NCBI GenBank assembly: GCA_910585235.1 | Contig: CAJUCM010000003.1 | Location: forward strand, 15,649-79,648 | Length of the DNA stretch: 64,000 nt | Direction of reading: 5' to 3' | Source of the DNA: an uncultured Christensenella sp. | GTDB lineage: Bacteria > Bacillota > Clostridia > Christensenellales > Borkfalkiaceae | Shown here: positions 60,074 to 64,000 of the stretch, piece after piece | How the letters are laid out: every line of letters begins with the position of its first letter | Position numbering within the stretch: the first letter of the stretch is position 1 | The notes under the pieces: generated by a model | Databases searched by the model: none | What the model was told of the DNA's origin: nothing | What the model saw: the letters and a program-made list of their open reading frames with translations, nothing else | Program-made: the position numbers and the translations under genes

Positions 60074-61612
60074 TTAACCCTCCGCAACGATTTTTTCGAT
60101 CACAATGGAATCAAAAGTTACGTCGATATTCTTCGCCGTATTTTCAATCTTTCCGAGCATGACCGCAACCTTTACGTTTTTGTAATCCTTATCCGCCGTA
60201 AATTCGATTGTAAACGTCTGATACTCCGTTCCGAGCGTTACATACTTCGTAGCGTTCCCGATATAGTCCTGCGTATTCACGTCCAGAACGTCGATACGGA
60301 TCTTGCGCGCGGCGCTTGCCTTGACTCTTACGCTTAGGCGATAAGTTTCGCCCGCCTTGAATTTTACAACGTCCTGCTGATAAAGCTGAATATGATGTTC
60401 CTGATCGCTCGGATTCAACACGCTGACGGTCAGCTCTCCCGTTTCCGTATTCCCTGTATAGTCCACCTCGCCGTTGCCCTCGGTCTGCATGACTTCGAGG
60501 TTCCAGCCCGTGAGCCCCGCCGAAAAATCGGGATTGATCAGCTCGTACTCGTTCTCCCGCTCGAAGGTCATTTTCACGTTGCGCAAAACGGAAACGGAAT
60601 TTCCCATAGCATCCGTCGCGCTGTATTCGAGAAGATAGGTACATTCCTTCTGCGAATAGGCGGGAATGATCCCCGTTACCGTATACGTAAGCGCCGTGCC
60701 GTTCTTATCGGTACAGGCGACGCCGCTGTTCGGATCGAACGAATGACCGCCGCTTATAAGGCGCACATCGTCGATCCCCTGAAAGACGGGGGCGTTCTCG
60801 TTCTTTTCAATCTTCTCGATATAAACGTTGTCGATTGCAATATCGTGCTCGCCTTCGTCGCCGGGGAGCTGCCAGCCCAGATAGATCACGGCTTTCGCAT
60901 CCATCACGTCCGCGTCGGAGGTAAAGGTCAACGAATATTTCTGCCATTCTTCCGTCAGCCTGATCGCCTTCGTTCCCGTCTGCATCATACGGTTATTGTT
61001 ATTGACCTCCTCGAAGCCCGCCGAAACGGAATGCCCCGTCGCGCTCTTTGCGTCAAAAGTAAAACGGTAGGTGACGCCTTTCGTCAGATAGAGGTTCTTC
61101 TGGTAGAATTGCAAGCTCCACCACTGGTTGCCCGAATTCTGGATTGAAAAGGTTGCCTCCTCGTTTTTAACGCTGTAAGCCCCCTTTCCGCTCGGCGTAT
61201 CGAATTGCCACGACTTATAAGTCGCGCGGTTATCGAATTTGCCGCCGCCCACGTTGTGCGCCACGGCAACGGAAATTCTGCGCTCTTTCGTGAAATAATC
61301 GCCGTCTTTGTTCATCGCTTCGTATTCCACGGTATATCTGCCCGTATATTCGCTGTCGAAATTATCGTCGAAGCTGACTTCGAGCGTATCCGTAATATCC
61401 ACGCCGTCGTAGCGCACCTGAATGCCCTCGGTCAGATCGAAACGGTCGCCGCGCGCAAGGGACACGCCGTCGCAACCGACCCAGACGATCCCCTTTTCCT
61501 CTTCTTTCCCGTCTCCGCCTTCTCCGCCGTTGCCTTGACCGCCGCCGCAACCGGCGAACACACAAAGCCCCATGACGATCGCAAATAACGATCCCAAAAA
61601 TTTCTTTTTCAT
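60074..61612 (-). CDS. surface lipoprotein with two Ig-like segments and two CBM4/9-like carbohydrate-binding modules
   Basis: Lipobox (VFAGCGG). Twice repeated: an Ig-like block (TGRYTVEYEAMNKDGD / CTYLLEYSATDAMGN) followed by N..F......W...........QFYQ..L.L..G.TYR.(S/T)F.(V/A)K(A/S). Confidence 0.6.
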   Translation of the reverse strand: MKKKFLGSLFAIVMGLCVFAGCGGGQGNGGEGGDGKEEEKGIVWVGCDGVSLARGDRFDLTEGIQVRYDGVDITDTLEVSFDDNFDSEYTGRYTVEYEAMNKDGDYFTKERRISVAVAHNVGGGKFDNRATYKSWQFDTPSGKGAYSVKNEEATFSIQNSGNQWWSLQFYQKNLYLTKGVTYRFTFDAKSATGHSVSAGFEEVNNNNRMMQTGTKAIRLTEEWQKYSLTFTSDADVMDAKAVIYLGWQLPGDEGEHDIAIDNVYIEKIEKNENAPVFQGIDDVRLISGGHSFDPNSGVACTDKNGTALTYTVTGIIPAYSQKECTYLLEYSATDAMGNSVSVLRNVKMTFERENEYELINPDFSAGLTGWNLEVMQTEGNGEVDYTGNTETGELTVSVLNPSDQEHHIQLYQQDVVKFKAGETYRLSVRVKASAARKIRIDVLDVNTQDYIGNATKYVTLGTEYQTFTIEFTADKDYKNVKVAVMLGKIENTAKNIDVTFDSIVIEKIVAEG

Positions 61613-61636
61613 AATTGCTCCTTAAAAATACGGGCG

Positions 61637-61664
61637 TATCTTTCCCCGACGAAGCGGGGAAAGA
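61637..61664 (-). terminator. intra-locus GC hairpin (possible partial terminator or processing site)
   Basis: 11-bp stem ATCTTTCCCCG/CGGGGAAAGAT with a 6-nt loop. The U-tract is displaced by ~9 nt on the minus strand. Confidence 0.35.
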
Positions 61665-61687
61665 TCATTCGCTCGTTTATCCGTCAA

Positions 61688-63238
61688 TCAATCTCCGGCG
61701 GTTTCGTCGTCAAACAACGCAAAATCAGCCGCTTCCGCCGTTTTTTTCGGAAGCGCGTATACGTTCGCCGCTTTCGCCGTTTCCTCTTCAAACGTCATTT
61801 CCGCGCGTGCAAATTCCGAGAGCGTGATCGTGCATTTCTCTCCGCCGATCGCAAGCTGGGTATTGCCCATATCGCGTTCGCGGGTTGCCACGAGCTCTCC
61901 GTTCACCCACAGATAGCACTTGCCGTTTTGATAGCCGACCTGAAATTCGATCGTTACGCTCGTATCGGAGGTCTTCCACTCCTTGAAAGGTTTCCAATCG
62001 CCCCATGCGTTGCCCGTCTGGATATCGCCGCAAACGCAGACCGTTCCATCAGGTCTGCGCTCTACAAAGTAGCGCACGCAGTTCTGTTCGTCCTGGAAGA
62101 TCAGGAAAGCCGCCTGCGAATTAGCATTGGAGTCCAGATCGGACAGCGTAATCTTGAACTTTGCAGCCCAATCCGTACCGCCTACGGGCAAACCGTCCGC
62201 ATAGGGAAATGCTCTTCCGTAGTTTTTGGAAGTTTTTTCATATACGCCCGGCGTAGCGGTTTCCGCAAAGATATTGTCGCTTGCAAGATTCGCGTAAATG
62301 TTGTCGCCGAAGGCGCGCGTCGTCTCGGCAACATAGTCGCCGTATTTTTCGTCCGTCTTTGCATAGTCGTTCATCTTTTCGAGTACAAGCGCGCAATTCG
62401 CGGCGCCGACGCCGATATGCGCGTTTTCGCCGAGCCCGATATCGACCTTTCCGCAGTACGTTTTATCGATAAAGATATAGGCGCTTCCTTCGTCCGCCAT
62501 GACCGCGACTTCGGCTTCGTAATAATCGCCCTCGAACGTTCTCAGCGTTTGAGTATGCCCCCAGGCGCTCTCTCCGTTCATATACTCGCTCGTAAGGGTA
62601 TAAGTATTTTCATCGCTTGCGGTGTACTGAAAGCGCACGGCTTTCGTGGCGCTCTCCTTTACGACAAGATCAAAGTAGGCATTACCCCCCCCCTCGACAT
62701 CGTTCATCGTAAAGTTACCCGTCAAAACGTTTCCGTTGCTCTTTAACGCACCCGCCTTGCCGTAATAGTAGGATACGCCGTAATCGCCCTTTACTTTTTC
62801 ATACACGCCGTTCGCGGTCGCCTTGAACACGTTCTCTCCCTCGTCGAGCGCGGTATGCTTGCCGAACGGATTTTTGAAGATTACGTTGACTTTGAACGTG
62901 ACCTTATGATGCGCCGTTTGTGCGGTAACGACGGTCGTCGTGTTTCCCTTGTTCCCCTTAACGCTGTTTCCCGTGATTGCGATATTGCTTCCCTCAAACG
63001 AATACTCGATTTCGCCTTTGCCCGCCTCCGTAGAGAATACGGGTTCGATCGTTGCGTTTTCACGGTAATAAACGTTCACGTCCGCGATCGACAACGTGCC
63101 GTAATCGTCCTGCGTGATGTTACTGTCGTCGCCTCCGTTTCCGCCTCCGCCGTTCCCCTGATCGTCTCCGCAACCTGCGAAGCAGGCAAGGCTCAGCGCC
63201 AGAATCAGACCGGACGCCAAAGTAATGAGTTTTTTCAT
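61688..63238 (-). CDS. hypothetical beta-rich surface lipoprotein (possible glycan-binding protein)
   Basis: Start set at MKKLITL with SD GGGAGGA. Lipobox (CFAGCGD). An Ig-like N-terminal segment, then beta-rich domains I cannot assign. Confidence 0.55.
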   Translation of the reverse strand: MKKLITLASGLILALSLACFAGCGDDQGNGGGGNGGDDSNITQDDYGTLSIADVNVYYRENATIEPVFSTEAGKGEIEYSFEGSNIAITGNSVKGNKGNTTTVVTAQTAHHKVTFKVNVIFKNPFGKHTALDEGENVFKATANGVYEKVKGDYGVSYYYGKAGALKSNGNVLTGNFTMNDVEGGGNAYFDLVVKESATKAVRFQYTASDENTYTLTSEYMNGESAWGHTQTLRTFEGDYYEAEVAVMADEGSAYIFIDKTYCGKVDIGLGENAHIGVGAANCALVLEKMNDYAKTDEKYGDYVAETTRAFGDNIYANLASDNIFAETATPGVYEKTSKNYGRAFPYADGLPVGGTDWAAKFKITLSDLDSNANSQAAFLIFQDEQNCVRYFVERRPDGTVCVCGDIQTGNAWGDWKPFKEWKTSDTSVTIEFQVGYQNGKCYLWVNGELVATRERDMGNTQLAIGGEKCTITLSEFARAEMTFEEETAKAANVYALPKKTAEAADFALFDDETAGD

Positions 63239-63319
63239 AGCTTCCTCCCTTAACATAAAATAATATTTTTTCAATCGGCGGAGCTTTTTCTCCGCTTTCT
63301 CGAACAGTGTAAATACGGA

Positions 63320-64000
63320 CTATTTTTCCGCAATGTACGGAACTTCCGTCTGTCCGTAAGACGCTTTATATCCTTCCAGATAGGGAAATCCGTCCTCATC
63401 CCAAAGAATCTTATCAATGAAGAGCGAACGGCGCGGCGAAGAGCCGTAATTGCCGAGCACATATTTCGTTTCGTAGGCGTGATATACGAGCCACCAATCG
63501 CCGTTGTCGTCTTGGATCGCACAGTTGTGACCGGGACCCATAACCTCTTCCGACCCCTTGACGACGAGCTCGCCCAGCGTACCGCGGTTGAGCAGGGAAT
63601 TCCCCTCTCTGTCCTCCCACGGTCCGAGCGGAGAACGGGAGCGCACTACGTTTACATAATAAGTGCTCTCGATCCCCAAACAGCAGTGTCCGAGCGAAAG
63701 GAAGAGATAATAATATCCGTCCTTTTCGATCATGTATGCGGCTTCAAAATCGGAGGATTTTGCCGACCCGCCGATGAGAACGGGCTTCGATCCATCTTTC
63801 ACGCTCAACCCGTCCGTATTTAATTCGATCATATAGAGACCGTGAAAGCTACCCCAGATCATGTACACGCCGTCCCCGTACGTGAACGTATAACTGTCGA
63901 TCGAATTGTTAACGCCCGTGGTTTCACTGCTTAAAATCATGCCGCGATCCTGCCAGGGTCCTTCGGGAGACGCCGCCGTGCAGACCCCGATTCCGGGATT
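63320..64000 (-). CDS. glycoside hydrolase family 43 enzyme (5'-truncated by the window edge)
   Basis: GPGHNCAIQDDNGDWWLVYHAY and SPEGPWQDRG are typical of the GH43 beta-propeller. The frame stays open from 63940 to nt 64000. Confidence 0.75.
   Translation of the reverse strand, partial: NPGIGVCTAASPEGPWQDRGMILSSETTGVNNSIDSYTFTYGDGVYMIWGSFHGLYMIELNTDGLSVKDGSKPVLIGGSAKSSDFEAAYMIEKDGYYYLFLSLGHCCLGIESTYYVNVVRSRSPLGPWEDREGNSLLNRGTLGELVVKGSEEVMGPGHNCAIQDDNGDWWLVYHAYETKYVLGNYGSSPRRSLFIDKILWDEDGFPYLEGYKASYGQTEVPYIAEK

Noticed and set aside
1-64000. Search for tRNA, rRNA, CRISPR arrays, transposases, integrases, reverse transcriptases and known defence operons (RM, CBASS, Thoeris ThsA, Gabija, etc.).
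   Set aside because: Neither strand shows a cloverleaf-like or rRNA-like segment, a regularly spaced direct-repeat array, or any ORF with DDE/tyrosine/serine recombinase, RT, methyltransferase or SIR2/SLOG signatures.

Overview
About 64 kb of a moderately GC-rich Firmicutes/Clostridia-like chromosome. The Gram-positive hallmarks are cdaA, a PyrR-attenuated pyr operon, rpsF-ssb-rpsR, lipoprotein ABC binding proteins and BspA-type LRR surface proteins. Most genes are on the minus strand and tightly packed. Housekeeping blocks: galM, a Ca-type P-type ATPase, corA, rpsF-ssb-rpsR, aspartokinase, cdaA, holA, tmk-rimM-trmD-rbgA-rnhB-yraN, mutY, fhs, and pyrR-B-C-F-K. The right end carries a LacI/GH2/ABC/CBM-lipoprotein/GH43 glycan-utilisation locus. 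No rRNA, tRNA, CRISPR array, transposase or integrase was seen. Main candidate for an undescribed system: a seven-gene, translationally coupled minus-strand operon (43961-53962). It encodes a Zn-ribbon/TPR/TIR-like protein, three paralogous coiled-coil proteins each ending in a 2-TM hairpin, two small proteins (one absent from the ORF track) and a classical-clade AAA+ ATPase. I cannot match this gene set to any described system. Other items worth follow-up: (1) a stand-alone TIR protein with a 2-TM hairpin and a C-terminal ribosomal L7/L12-CTD-like domain (7276-9873); (2) two similarly built structured 5' leaders with terminator/antiterminator switches upstream of both BspA-LRR genes; (3) a twice-occurring GC-rich palindromic element whose helix is only fully paired on the minus strand; (4) a promoter-sORF-terminator leader in front of corA; (5) a 36-aa TM mini-ORF where cdaR normally sits; (6) an AT-rich islet with an XRE regulator and three TAGCA-N-TGCTA operators; (7) a 1829-aa SF1 helicase-nuclease giant. 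All function calls rest on motif recognition by eye. No database search was run.
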